DNA of 64,000 nt from Myxococcota bacterium. GTDB taxonomy: Bacteria > Myxococcota_A > UBA796 > SXON01. Positions 7,731 through 17,579 of the stretch are shown one piece after another (within the stretch, counting starts at the first letter, position 1; the number at the start of each line of letters is the position of its first letter). The stretch lies in NCBI GenBank assembly GCA_040386535.1, contig JAZKFH010000042.1, positions 195,935 through 259,934 of the forward strand, read 5' to 3'. A program made the translations under genes and the position numbers. The notes beneath the pieces were generated by a model. It ran no database searches, was not told the origin of the DNA, and was given only the letters and a program-made list of their open reading frames with translations.

Positions 7731-9557
7731 TTGAACAGGCCCCGCCGCACGTTCGCGCTCGCGCTCGCCATCGTGGCGGTGGTGCTCGGCGTGCACGCGC
7801 AAGGGCTCGTGGCGAGCCTGCAGGGAAACGCGCTCTTCGGCCATCCGCTCGGCACGTGTGACTCCCACCTGTTGGGCCCCGAACACCTCGGCACCCGACG
7901 GCCCGACATCGTCGACGCGTGCGACCTCCCCTACTCCCACCGCATCGCGCTCGACGCGCTCGATCGCATCGGCGAGCGCTGGGACACCCTCTCGCTCCCC
8001 GCCTTCCTGCTGCGCGCCCCCTGGGAGGTGGCGGTCGAGTCGCGCGCCATGAACGTGCTCGACTTCGTGCTCTTCCTCTGGCCGGCCCACGCCCTGTTCG
8101 ACAGCCCCGGCGCCATCGCGGTGGTGCACGTCGGGCTCGTGGCGCTCGCGGCCGTGGGCGCGTTCGGGTTCGCCCGGTTCCTCAACGTTTCCGCTGTGGG
8201 CGCGCTCGGGGCGGCGTTGGTTTGTGGCACGGCCGGGCCGGTGCTCGAGTGCCTGGCCCGCGGCCAATACCCCCAGGCCGCCTCCGCGGTGCCCTTCCTG
8301 CTCTACTTTCTCGGCCTCGCCTGGATCGTAGGGGGGCGGAGGCCGGGCGTGCGGGCGAGCGTGGTGCGCCGCGCGGGGGTGGTGCCCGCCGCTGTCGGAA
8401 TGGCCCTGGCGGCCCTGTTCTATTGGCAGAACGCGCTCGTGCTCGGGCTCGGCACGCTGGTGTTCATCGCGGCCGCCGGCCCCCGCACGGCCTGGGCGGG
8501 GCGCCGCCCGCTGCTTGCCGCCGCCGGGTTGACCATCGTCCTCTGCCTGCCCGCCCTGGTGCCCCTCCTCACCGTGCTGGCCGAGGGCGCGGACGACAAG
8601 CTCCGCCTCCTCCCCTGGGGCACGTCGTACGCATCGCAGCTCGCGACGGGCGCGGTCCCCGGTGACCTGCTCGACGAGGTCCCCTGGTTCGTCGCCCTCG
8701 ATCCCTCGCGCGGGTGGGCCCTGCCGCTCCTGCCGCTCCTGCCCGCCGCGTTCCTCGGCTTCCGGAGCCGCGGGAGCCGCCCCTGGCTCGCGCTCGCGCT
8801 GTTCGGCGCCGTGATGGCGCTCGGCCCGCTCCCGGTGGTGCCGACGTGGCTGGGCGGCATCGTCCTGCCCGAGTTCGGCCCCCTCCCCCGTCGCGAGAAC
8901 TACCTCTACACGCTCATCTATCAGTGGGTGCCCAGCGCCTCGCGGATGCGCCACCCGCTGCGCTACGCGCTGCTCGCGTCGGTGGGGCTCACGTGGGCGG
9001 TGGCCCACGGCCTCCCGCGGCTGGAGTCGTGGCGCCGCGGCGCGGGCGTCGTCTCCGTCGGCGCGGCGCTCGCCTGGGCCCTTGCGTTCGGGCCCTGGCC
9101 CGCCGCCCATCACCCCTTCCCGCGCCCCGTGCTCGAGGCCCTCGCCGACTGTCGCGTCCTGGTGCTGCTCGGCACCCCCGCGCGGGAGGCCCACCGCGAC
9201 CAGGTGTTGCGGCTGGCGGGGCTCACCTGGCACCCCGTGTGGCCGGTCGACATCCAGGTCGGCATCCGCGGCGCCGCCCGCCCCGACGCGCGCCAGACCG
9301 CGCTGTCCGGCGCCATCAGCGGCGCGCTCGCCATGCGTCTCCAGGGCCGCGCCGCCGCGCTCCCCGAGGGGGCGTGCGTCGTGTTCAACCCCGCATGGAA
9401 CGTCGACCCCGACACGGCATGGTCGCGCCTCCACCAGGCGTTCGGCCCGCCGGTCGCCACCGTGGACATCGACGGACTGTTGTCCGCGTTCACGACGCAG
9501 CCGCCGGTGCGGATCGGGGTGTTTCGGGAGGGTGGGGCCGCCGGGATGGCGCGGTAG
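7731..9557 (+). CDS. Multi-pass membrane protein (possible GT-C/YfhO-like glycosyltransferase); start uncertain
   Basis: Many hydrophobic segments and an 'SRMRHPLRYALL' (R-x-P-x-R) motif typical of such membrane proteins. In-frame TTG chosen as start. Confidence 0.55.
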   Translation: MNRPRRTFALALAIVAVVLGVHAQGLVASLQGNALFGHPLGTCDSHLLGPEHLGTRRPDIVDACDLPYSHRIALDALDRIGERWDTLSLPAFLLRAPWEVAVESRAMNVLDFVLFLWPAHALFDSPGAIAVVHVGLVALAAVGAFGFARFLNVSAVGALGAALVCGTAGPVLECLARGQYPQAASAVPFLLYFLGLAWIVGGRRPGVRASVVRRAGVVPAAVGMALAALFYWQNALVLGLGTLVFIAAAGPRTAWAGRRPLLAAAGLTIVLCLPALVPLLTVLAEGADDKLRLLPWGTSYASQLATGAVPGDLLDEVPWFVALDPSRGWALPLLPLLPAAFLGFRSRGSRPWLALALFGAVMALGPLPVVPTWLGGIVLPEFGPLPRRENYLYTLIYQWVPSASRMRHPLRYALLASVGLTWAVAHGLPRLESWRRGAGVVSVGAALAWALAFGPWPAAHHPFPRPVLEALADCRVLVLLGTPAREAHRDQVLRLAGLTWHPVWPVDIQVGIRGAARPDARQTALSGAISGALAMRLQGRAAALPEGACVVFNPAWNVDPDTAWSRLHQAFGPPVATVDIDGLLSAFTTQPPVRIGVFREGGAAGMAR

Positions 9558-9558
9558 C

Positions 9559-11121
9559 TCAGGGCCCGACGGCCACCCGCCACGCCGCGTCCAACGCTTT
9601 TGCGTCCCGACCCGCGGCCGCATAGCCGTCGAGCGGCGCGGCCAACCAGGCAGCGCGCACGCCGGCCACCCCCTGTGTGTTCTGGATCCACGCCGCGAAG
9701 GACGTCGCCATGGCAAGCTCGTTCGGCGTTCCCTTCCAGCCCGACGCAACGGCGCCGATCGGCGGAGAGGCATCGAGCATTGGGCGCGCCGCACCATCCA
9801 GGTCGTTGCCGCTCCCGGCCAAGGCGCGCGGCAGGCCTGCCGCCATCACCGGGTTGCCCGCGGGCCCCCACGCGCGGGCGAGCATCGTCGCGATCGGGCA
9901 CGCCGCGGCCCACGGCGAGCCGTCGATTGTGGCGCAGACGTTCGCCGTCGGATCGTCGACCGTCGGCCCGCCGAGCTCGGCGCGATGGGCCTCGTCGGCG
10001 TACACGAACACCTCGACCGTGCCCTGGGGCGCGATCGACAGGTTTCCCAGGCCCGCGAGCAGCGCCCACTCGATGCGGGACGCCGCGCCCACCGGATCGG
10101 GGACACGCGCGAAGTCCGCGCGGACCTCCACGCCGCCCTTCGTGGTGGACTGCCACGTGGCGAGCGCGCTCGGCTCGCTCGACCCGACGGCGAGCAGCAG
10201 ATCGTCCACGTTTCCGGCGCCCGTCCCCACCAACGACACCGTCACCCACGCGGCGGTCACGTCGTCTGGCACCACCACCGCCACCGTCGCGCGCTCCCAC
10301 GCCTGGGCCGACACCTCCCGCGTCCAGTCGGCGGCCGGCCCCGCGGCCCCCGCGAACCCGAACCCGATCACGACGCGCGCGCCCCCCTCCGCGGCGGCCG
10401 CGACGTTGAGCACGAGGCGCTCCCCTGGCACCACGCGGATGTCCTGGCTCACGCTCGGCACGGACTTCGCGCCCTTGCGCGCCTCCAACCGGAGCGAGGT
10501 CTTGCCCAGCAGCGCCCGCGCCGTGTCCCTCGACACCCCGGTGTTCGCGGGCGCAGACACGCGCCACGCGAGGCCGAGCGTGTGGTCGTCCTCGAACGAG
10601 GGATCCACGAGCGCGGCGCGCTCCCGCGGCAAGCTCACCCCGAGCTCCGCGTTCAGGACCGCCGCCACCTCGGCCTGCTTCCAGGTCGATGGCCACGCGA
10701 TCCCCACCCCCGTCGTCGCGCGCCGCCCTGCGAGCTCCACGCGCACCAGCTCGCCCGCCACCACGGTCGCGCGCACCTGGTCGACCTTGCGCACGTTGGT
10801 GTCGAGCAGGTCCGCGAGCGAACGGATCGCGGCCCACTCGGCGTCCGACCACTCGCCCGCCGTGCGGATCACCGTCTGCCCGTCCCGCACGCGCCGGATC
10901 TCGGCGGGCGGGAGCGCGAGCACCACGCGCAAGGCCGCGCGCGAGGCGGGATCGAGCACCTGGTAGACGATGGCGGGATCACTCGGCGCGAGCGCGCGGA
11001 GGCCCTCGCGATCGAGGCTGGAGGCCGCGATGAGGCGGTCCAGGCGCAGATCGGGGCCCTCGGTGGCCGCGGCAAGGGCGGGCGACGCGGCCGCGAGAGA
11101 GAACAGGAGCGCGGAGAGCAT
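9559..11121 (-). CDS. Exported hypothetical protein with carbohydrate-binding-module-like central domain
   Basis: Signal 'MLSALLFSLAAASPALA'. 'LVDPSFED...W...VSQDIRVVPG' resembles CBM4/9-like jelly rolls. Confidence 0.6.
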   Translation of the reverse strand: MLSALLFSLAAASPALAAATEGPDLRLDRLIAASSLDREGLRALAPSDPAIVYQVLDPASRAALRVVLALPPAEIRRVRDGQTVIRTAGEWSDAEWAAIRSLADLLDTNVRKVDQVRATVVAGELVRVELAGRRATTGVGIAWPSTWKQAEVAAVLNAELGVSLPRERAALVDPSFEDDHTLGLAWRVSAPANTGVSRDTARALLGKTSLRLEARKGAKSVPSVSQDIRVVPGERLVLNVAAAAEGGARVVIGFGFAGAAGPAADWTREVSAQAWERATVAVVVPDDVTAAWVTVSLVGTGAGNVDDLLLAVGSSEPSALATWQSTTKGGVEVRADFARVPDPVGAASRIEWALLAGLGNLSIAPQGTVEVFVYADEAHRAELGGPTVDDPTANVCATIDGSPWAAACPIATMLARAWGPAGNPVMAAGLPRALAGSGNDLDGAARPMLDASPPIGAVASGWKGTPNELAMATSFAAWIQNTQGVAGVRAAWLAAPLDGYAAAGRDAKALDAAWRVAVGP

Positions 11122-11234
11122 GGCCGAGTGTGGCACGAAAGCGTCCCGACCGCGCGCGCGCTCGCGTCGTTCCGTCGGGAGGTCGTTCGAATCTGACGTG
11201 GTACAACCTCGACTCCCCCTCCCTCGGAGGCTCC

Positions 11235-11747
11235 ATGCCCTGCCGCCGCCTCGTTGCCTTGCCGTTCCTGGTCACGATCGCCCTCGCGCCCGGTCCGGCC
11301 CACGCCCTGACGGTCGGCGAGCGTGGCCTCTTCAGCGTGCGCGGCCACCTCGCCACCGGCTACCCCGGCCTCGCGAGCCTCTCGGTCTCGCTCACGGCCT
11401 TTCGCCCCGTCGAGCTCGAGGCGGGCGTCGAGGGCTCGCTCGGCTTTGCCGCCCAATACGTGCGGGCGGGCCCCGCGCTCCCCCTGCTCGACACGCGGGA
11501 CGAGGTGTACCGTGGCTTCACCCTCGACCTCCCCGTGCTGGTCGGCTATCGCCACTATTGGTTCACGCGCGGCGACGTCCACGCGGCCACCGCCAACGTG
11601 GCGGCAACCGGCGACTATTGGTTTGCGCACCGCTTCGGCCTGGAGGCGCAGCTCACGTTGGGTCTCACCGTCCCGTTCACGGACACCTTCGATGCCATCG
11701 GTGTCGTGGAGCCGGACGTCCGGTTGTCGGTGGGGTTGGCGTTCTGA
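11235..11747 (+). CDS. Small outer-membrane beta-barrel-like protein
   Basis: RBS ggagg, signal ending AHA, alternating hydrophobic strands and a terminal Phe. Paralog of 38713-39207. Confidence 0.7.
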   Translation: MPCRRLVALPFLVTIALAPGPAHALTVGERGLFSVRGHLATGYPGLASLSVSLTAFRPVELEAGVEGSLGFAAQYVRAGPALPLLDTRDEVYRGFTLDLPVLVGYRHYWFTRGDVHAATANVAATGDYWFAHRFGLEAQLTLGLTVPFTDTFDAIGVVEPDVRLSVGLAF

Positions 11748-11787
11748 CGATCCCCCTCCGCGGGAGCGCTCGGGATACGGACGGCCG

Positions 11788-12567
11788 ATGTCCCTCCTCC
11801 TTCCCACGGCCGACGAGCAACAATGGGCCCTGGCGGCGTTGGGCGATCTCGTGCGGAAACGCGGCGCGGACCCGCTGTTGACCCGCCCGTTCGTGCTCCC
11901 AGCGCCCACCTTCTTCCCCGACCCGTGGACCGCGGACACGGCCGGCGTGGAGCGCATCCTCCGCCGCCTGCTGGCGTACGCGGGCTTGCCCGACGCGAAG
12001 GTCCGCGCCGAGGTCGAACAGCGGCCGGACACCACCACCGTCCAGAGCTGGCCGGGCGCCGAAGCCCGCCACGGCAGCGGCGCGGCCGGCTGGTACATGG
12101 GGCGCCAGGGCGGCACCTATCGGTTCGGCGTGAACCCAAGCTTCAACAAGCGCCCCGAGGTGCTGGTCGCGGTCCTCGCGCACGAAACCGCCCACGCGTG
12201 GCGTGACACGTTCCAGCTCCAGGTACCCGACCGCGACAGCGAGGAGTACCTCACCGATCTCACCACGGTCTACCTCGGCTTCGGCGTGCTCACGACCAAC
12301 GCGGCGTGGCAGTTCCGGGGCGTGAGCGACGGCATCGCCTCCGGGTGGGAGAAACAACAGACAGGCTACCTCGACTTCCGCGTGTTCGCGTTCCTGCTCG
12401 CGCTCGTGGCACACGCGCGCGGCCTCGGCTGGTGGGAGCGCACCCGCTTTGCCTGGAACCTGTCACCCAACCAACGCGCGGCGTTCCGGGTGAGCCACGC
12501 CCGAATCGGGCTGAGCCGGGCGGAGATGCTCGGGGAGATCGGGTGCTCGGGGGGCGGGGGTCGGTGA
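11788..12567 (+). CDS. HExxH zinc-metallopeptidase-like hypothetical protein
   Basis: 'LVAVLAHETAHAW...EEYLTDLTTVYLGFG'. Confidence 0.7.
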   Translation: MSLLLPTADEQQWALAALGDLVRKRGADPLLTRPFVLPAPTFFPDPWTADTAGVERILRRLLAYAGLPDAKVRAEVEQRPDTTTVQSWPGAEARHGSGAAGWYMGRQGGTYRFGVNPSFNKRPEVLVAVLAHETAHAWRDTFQLQVPDRDSEEYLTDLTTVYLGFGVLTTNAAWQFRGVSDGIASGWEKQQTGYLDFRVFAFLLALVAHARGLGWWERTRFAWNLSPNQRAAFRVSHARIGLSRAEMLGEIGCSGGGGR

Positions 12568-14186
12568 CGCGCCCCGGCGTAGGTCGCGGGCGCCTCCTCT
12601 TCACCCTGCTCGTCCTCCTCCTCCTCGGATCCGTCGGTGCGTGGTGGGCGCTCGGCGCAGCCCTGGAGGCCTCGCCCGAGCCCGTCGGCCCGCCGGCACG
12701 TGCGGCCCGGGTCACGACGCGCGTGGCCCCCGAGGGTGTCACGTCCGTGCGCGTGGTCGACGACCTGGGGCGGCCCGTCCCCGACCTCCCGATCTGGGAG
12801 GGCCGCGCCGTCACCACGACCCACACCGGCGACGACGACGTCTCCCGCCCGACCAACGCGGGCACCCGGCTCGGCGTCACCGATGCGCACGGGATCTTCG
12901 TCCCGGAGCGATTTCCCGTCACGGTCAACGTGGCGCCGTGGCCCGCGCTCCCGGACGCCGTGACCGTCGAGAACGACGGCGGGGAGCACCTCTTGACGGT
13001 CGCGCGGCCCTGCGCCGTCGCGTTGACGTGGGACACACCGGCCGACGCCACGATTGTCGACATCGCCCTCGGCGAGCAGGCCGGCGCCCCGATCGCCACC
13101 GGGCACGCGAACCTCGTGGTCCCGTGTGGTGACACGTGGATCGCCAGCCGCGGGCACGACGTGCCGCGGGTGGAGCCAGAACCCGCCAACTTCGACAGTG
13201 CCACCGGCGCCGTTCATGTGCGTTGGTTGGAGCGGGACAACATCCGCGTGTGTGTCACCGACGAGGAGGGCGCCCGGGTGCCCGACGCGGTGGTGGAGGG
13301 GGCGTGGCAGGACGGGGAGTGCTGGCGGTATCCGTACCAGGAGTGTGCCCGGGGGCGCGCGGACGGCTTCCTCGGCGCCAATCTGTGTCCCGAGTTCGGC
13401 CTCTTCGGCGGGTTCGTCCAGTCGAGCTACGACCTCGCCCTGGAGCGCGGCGTGCCCGTCGCGGTGTGGTGTGACGACGGCTCCGGACCCGGCGCCTGCC
13501 CCGGCAGGCTTGGTGTGCTGACCTGTGTCAGCGACGCCACCCCCGACGTTGGCACCTGCGCCCGCGATCCGGACTGGGCCTGCACCTGCCCCGACGCGCC
13601 CGACGCCCGCGTGGTGGCCCAGGCCGGCCCCTACAGCGGCGAGTCCGCGCCGGTCCGCAGCGGCGTCGCCACCTTCACCCACACCGGCACCGCCTCCCTC
13701 ACCGTGCCCGGCACCGAGCGCTGCGGAGAGCTGCTCCTCCGAGTGGACCGCGGCGTCGAGCTCCTCATCGGCAAGCTCGCGTGCCGCGACGGCAACGCCG
13801 TCCGGGAGCACCTCGTGGCTGGGACCTACCTCCTCTTCTCGGCGACGGCGGGCGGCAGTTTCGGCATGTTCCGGTGGACCAGCATCCACGTGGCGGACGG
13901 CGAGGCCAAGGTGTTCGACGCCGCCTTCCCGAGCGGCCACCCGGTCGCCGTCGAGTGGGTCGGCACCACGGCGGAAAGCATCGTGACCGTGGTGCACACG
14001 CCCGGCTACGAGGCCATGTTCTTCCATCTCCCCACCGAGGCCCCCACCCTGGTCCCGCCGGGCGCCACGTTGTGGGTGTGCAGCAACGACGACGGCTGCT
14101 GCAAGTACGACGATCCGGGGCCGACCGTGTCGTGCGCGCCGAGCGCGTGGGTCCTGCCCCCCATGCCGGGAACGTCGCTGTTCTGA
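12564..14186 (+). CDS. Membrane-anchored Cys-rich extracytoplasmic protein (carboxypeptidase-regulatory-like beta domains)
   Basis: GTGA overlap with the upstream gene, an N-terminal TM helix, repeated 'VRVVDD.G.PVP' and 'VCVTDEEGARVPDA', and many paired Cys. Confidence 0.65.
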   Translation: MTRPGVGRGRLLFTLLVLLLLGSVGAWWALGAALEASPEPVGPPARAARVTTRVAPEGVTSVRVVDDLGRPVPDLPIWEGRAVTTTHTGDDDVSRPTNAGTRLGVTDAHGIFVPERFPVTVNVAPWPALPDAVTVENDGGEHLLTVARPCAVALTWDTPADATIVDIALGEQAGAPIATGHANLVVPCGDTWIASRGHDVPRVEPEPANFDSATGAVHVRWLERDNIRVCVTDEEGARVPDAVVEGAWQDGECWRYPYQECARGRADGFLGANLCPEFGLFGGFVQSSYDLALERGVPVAVWCDDGSGPGACPGRLGVLTCVSDATPDVGTCARDPDWACTCPDAPDARVVAQAGPYSGESAPVRSGVATFTHTGTASLTVPGTERCGELLLRVDRGVELLIGKLACRDGNAVREHLVAGTYLLFSATAGGSFGMFRWTSIHVADGEAKVFDAAFPSGHPVAVEWVGTTAESIVTVVHTPGYEAMFFHLPTEAPTLVPPGATLWVCSNDDGCCKYDDPGPTVSCAPSAWVLPPMPGTSLF

Positions 14187-14249
14187 TTTGGTTCCTCTCT
14201 TCCTCTCTCCCTCCGTTCGTTCCTCCGTCCTCCCCTTCCTGCCTTCCTT

Positions 14250-14279
14250 TATTCCTGCCTTCCTGATTCTCCGGCTCCG
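14250..14279 (+). repeat. Dispersed pyrimidine-rich repeat, copy B
   Basis: tattcctgccttcctgattctccggctccg, embedded in an 8-nt periodic ttcc tract from about 14192. Confidence 0.85.
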
Positions 14280-14364
14280 CCTCTCCCCTTCCGGATGCGC
14301 ATCCTCCACCGCCACCTGCCCCCCGGCCCGCCCGTGCTATGGGGCTCCTCACCCGGAAACGCGC

Positions 14365-14934
14365 GTGGATCCTCGTCGAACCCCGTCCCGCCCGCGGCCC
14401 CTCCCCCACCAGCTCCGCGCCAACGCCGGGGTTTCTCGTGCCCTCGTCGGCGGGATCGTCGTGCTCGGCATCACCACGGCGCTACTCGCGGGCGCGGCGC
14501 TGTCCCTTGGAGGTGAGGCCACCCCGATCGCCGCTCCCGCCCCGGAGCCGCTCGCAGCCGCGCCGGACGAGGAGATCCCCTCCAGCCGTGCCGGGCCCCC
14601 GCCCCACCTGGAGCCGCCCCCGGAGCCGCGTGAAGGCATGGAGGGAGCCGCCGCGGACGCGCAACGCGTGATCTCGTCCGTGGTCAAGAAGAGCCAGGGC
14701 CCCATCCAATCATGCCTCGAGAAGGCGCTCATCAACCAACCGACCCTCAACGGGCGCGTGTCCATCGGGTGGAGCATCGTCGCCGGGCGTGTCACCCAAG
14801 CGAGCGTCGTGTCGAACGACACGGGGGACGACGCGCTCGCCGCCTGCATGAGCGGTGCGGTGCGCACCTTCCGGTTCCCCGAGACCCTCACGGCCGAGGT
14901 GGCCGAGTTTCCCTGGGTCCTGTCGGGCGGGTAG
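14365..14934 (+). CDS. AgmX/PglI C-terminal (TonB_C-like) domain membrane protein; start uncertain
   Basis: TM helix and Pro-rich linker, then 'IQSCLEKAL..QPTLNGRVSIGWSI..GRV...LAACM....FRFP....FPWVL'. Confidence 0.75.
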   Translation: MDPRRTPSRPRPLPHQLRANAGVSRALVGGIVVLGITTALLAGAALSLGGEATPIAAPAPEPLAAAPDEEIPSSRAGPPPHLEPPPEPREGMEGAAADAQRVISSVVKKSQGPIQSCLEKALINQPTLNGRVSIGWSIVAGRVTQASVVSNDTGDDALAACMSGAVRTFRFPETLTAEVAEFPWVLSGG

Positions 14935-14939
14935 CGCCT

Positions 14940-17579
14940 CTATGTCTGGCGCCCCAAGACGCTGGCGACCGTGACGATGAGCTCCGCGGGCTCCAACGGT
15001 TTCGCGAGGTGGAAGCGAAAGCCGGCGCGGAGCACGCGCGTGCGATCCTTGGAGCGGGCGAACGCCGTCACCGCGATGGCCGGAACGGCGCCCCCACGCT
15101 CGGGGCCGAGCTCGCGCACCAGGCGAAGCAGCTCGTATCCATCGACGTCGGGCATTCCAATGTCACTGAGCAGCAGGTCCGGACGCTCCTGTTCCACCAG
15201 GGCGAGCGCTTCGGCGGCGCTCGCCGCCACGATCACGTGGGCGCCGCAGTCCTCGAGGACCCGCTGGATGAGATCGCGCGCGTCCGCCTCATCATCGACG
15301 GCCAGGATCTTGAGCCCGGACAAATCTGGCATCTCGTAGGGCAGCGGCGCCGGCTCCGAGGGGGCGGAGCCGACGAGCACCGGGGGCAACGTCCCTCCCT
15401 GACCCCGGACGACGGGGAGCTGGACGATGAAGCTCGCGCCCTGGCCCACCCCGGCGCTCTCCGCGGTGAGCGACCCTCCGTGCAGCTCGACGAGGTGCTT
15501 GGCGATGGCGAGCCCCAGGCCGAGCCCGCCGTGACGCCGGGTGCTGGATCCGTCCGCCTGGCGAAAACGATCGAAGACGTATGGCAGGAAATCCGGTTGG
15601 ATCCCCATTCCGGTGTCGGCCACCCGCAGCTCCAGGTACTGGCCGTGGCGGAGCAACGTCACGTGGATCTCGCCGTCCGGCGGCGTGAACTTGATGGCGT
15701 TGGACAACAGGTTCCAGACGACCTGTTGCAGCCGGTTCGCGTCCCCCGCCAGGGCGCCCGCCGCCGGGTCGAGCGCCTTCTGGATCCGGATTCCCTTGCC
15801 CTCGGCGGCCGGCCGCACGGTCTCCAGGGCCGCCTCGATGAAGCCGTGGGGGTCTACCGGCTGCACGTCCAGCGCGACCTGCCCGGAGGTGATGCGCGCC
15901 ATGTCGAGCAGATCCTCGATGAGGCGGGCCTGGGCGCGGGCGTTGCGCTCCACCACCTCCAGCGCGCGCTGCAGCTCCGGCTCGCTCATCTTGCGCTTGC
16001 GGATCACCTGGGCCCAACCCAGGATGGCGCCGAGCGGCGTGCGGAGCTCGTGGGAGAGGGTTGCCAGGAATTGGTCCTTGAGCTCGCTCATGCGCTCGGC
16101 GTGCGCACGCGCGACCTGTTCCGCTTCCAACAGGCGTTTCCGCTCCTCCGCGGCCGTCCGCGCCGCCTCGTAGAGCCGCGCGTTGTCGATGGCGGTCGCC
16201 GCTTGCGCCGCTACGCCGAGCACGAGCCGCTCCGCTCGCTCCGTGAACATCCCCGGATCGGGATGCCCGAAGAAGAGGCCCCCGATGACCTCCTTCGAGC
16301 GCGTGACGACGGACACGGCGAGGTAGCTCCGCACGGGGGGATGGCCCGGCGGCATACCGAAGTGGGGGCCCATCTTGCCGTAGCGTGGATCGAGCTGGAT
16401 ATCGTCGACCCGCACGACCCCCTCATTGCGAAACGTGGGGCTGAACACCGGGGTGTTCCGGGGCAGGCCGAAGTGATCGAACGCGGAGCGGGGCGCGCCC
16501 GAGAGCGTGAACAGCTGCAGGGCCTCCCCGTCGGGCGCCACGACGTTGTAGAAGAACGCCCCGAATCGGGCTCCGGTGAGCTCGGTCGCGGCGTCCGTCA
16601 CCGTCTGCAGCAGCGCCATCAAGTCGAGCTCGGATGCGATGGCGGCGCCGGTCCGGTTGAGCACCTCGAGCACCCGGCTCTCTTCCCTGAGGGCCTCCTC
16701 TGCTTGCTTGCGCTGGGAGATCTCCTCCACCACGGTGACGAGCCGATCGGGCCTCCCCTCCGCGTCCTGGAGGACGGTCACCGTCGTGAGGCTCCACACC
16801 GTGGCGCCATCCCGGCAGACGTACCGCTGCTCGAACCTCACATCCGACACCTCGCCGTTCAGGAGGCTGCCCATGCGCACTTGTGTCAGCGTGCGGTCCG
16901 CGGGGTGGGTGATGTCCATCAACGTCTTGGTACGGAGCTCGTCCTCCTGGTACCCCAGGATGTCGCAGAGCTTGTGGTTGATCTCCTGGAGCCGGCCGTC
17001 CAATGTCGCCACCGCGAAGCCGACCGCCGCCTGGGAGAAGGTCGCGCGCAGCCGGGACTCGCTCTCCCGCAGGGCCTCGTCGACGCGCTTGCGCTCGGTC
17101 AGGTCCTGCAGGACGCCGATCATGCCCGCGCCCGCGCCATCGGCGTCGTAGATGCCCCGGCCCTTGGCCGCGACCCAGCTCACCCCGCCGTCGGGCAGCC
17201 GGACCCGGTACTCGATGTCATAGTCGTCGTGCGCCTCGAGCGCGTGCTCGAGCGCCTGCCTCACCGCGTCCCGATCGTCGGCGTGCACGATTCCGTGCAG
17301 CTCGGCGCGTGCGAGGAAGAGTTGGCCCGGCCGGCCGAGGATCTCGGCGGCCTCCGGGCTCAGCGTGAGCGTATGGCCGACACGGTCCCAGCCCCAATAC
17401 CCCAGGTGCCCCGCGGCCAACGCGATGGTCAGCCGCTCGGTCGAGTCGCGGAGCGCCTCCTTGGTCGCCATCAGCTCCGCCTCCGCGCGGTGCCGCGTGA
17501 GCAGGACCGCCTGGACATTCTGGAGCGCCGCCGAACGGAGGAGCGCCTCCTCGTCGTCCTGGTCGGAGGGCGTGCTCAC
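14940..17579 (-). CDS. Hybrid sensor histidine kinase (PAS-PAS-GAF-HisKA-HATPase-REC)
   Basis: 'LSHELRTPL', 'NLLSNAIKFT', 'DTGMGI', 'GGLGLGLAI', a receiver with 'LLSDIGMP' and 'KP', and PAS/GAF motifs. Confidence 0.95.
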   Translation of the reverse strand: MSTPSDQDDEEALLRSAALQNVQAVLLTRHRAEAELMATKEALRDSTERLTIALAAGHLGYWGWDRVGHTLTLSPEAAEILGRPGQLFLARAELHGIVHADDRDAVRQALEHALEAHDDYDIEYRVRLPDGGVSWVAAKGRGIYDADGAGAGMIGVLQDLTERKRVDEALRESESRLRATFSQAAVGFAVATLDGRLQEINHKLCDILGYQEDELRTKTLMDITHPADRTLTQVRMGSLLNGEVSDVRFEQRYVCRDGATVWSLTTVTVLQDAEGRPDRLVTVVEEISQRKQAEEALREESRVLEVLNRTGAAIASELDLMALLQTVTDAATELTGARFGAFFYNVVAPDGEALQLFTLSGAPRSAFDHFGLPRNTPVFSPTFRNEGVVRVDDIQLDPRYGKMGPHFGMPPGHPPVRSYLAVSVVTRSKEVIGGLFFGHPDPGMFTERAERLVLGVAAQAATAIDNARLYEAARTAAEERKRLLEAEQVARAHAERMSELKDQFLATLSHELRTPLGAILGWAQVIRKRKMSEPELQRALEVVERNARAQARLIEDLLDMARITSGQVALDVQPVDPHGFIEAALETVRPAAEGKGIRIQKALDPAAGALAGDANRLQQVVWNLLSNAIKFTPPDGEIHVTLLRHGQYLELRVADTGMGIQPDFLPYVFDRFRQADGSSTRRHGGLGLGLAIAKHLVELHGGSLTAESAGVGQGASFIVQLPVVRGQGGTLPPVLVGSAPSEPAPLPYEMPDLSGLKILAVDDEADARDLIQRVLEDCGAHVIVAASAAEALALVEQERPDLLLSDIGMPDVDGYELLRLVRELGPERGGAVPAIAVTAFARSKDRTRVLRAGFRFHLAKPLEPAELIVTVASVLGRQT

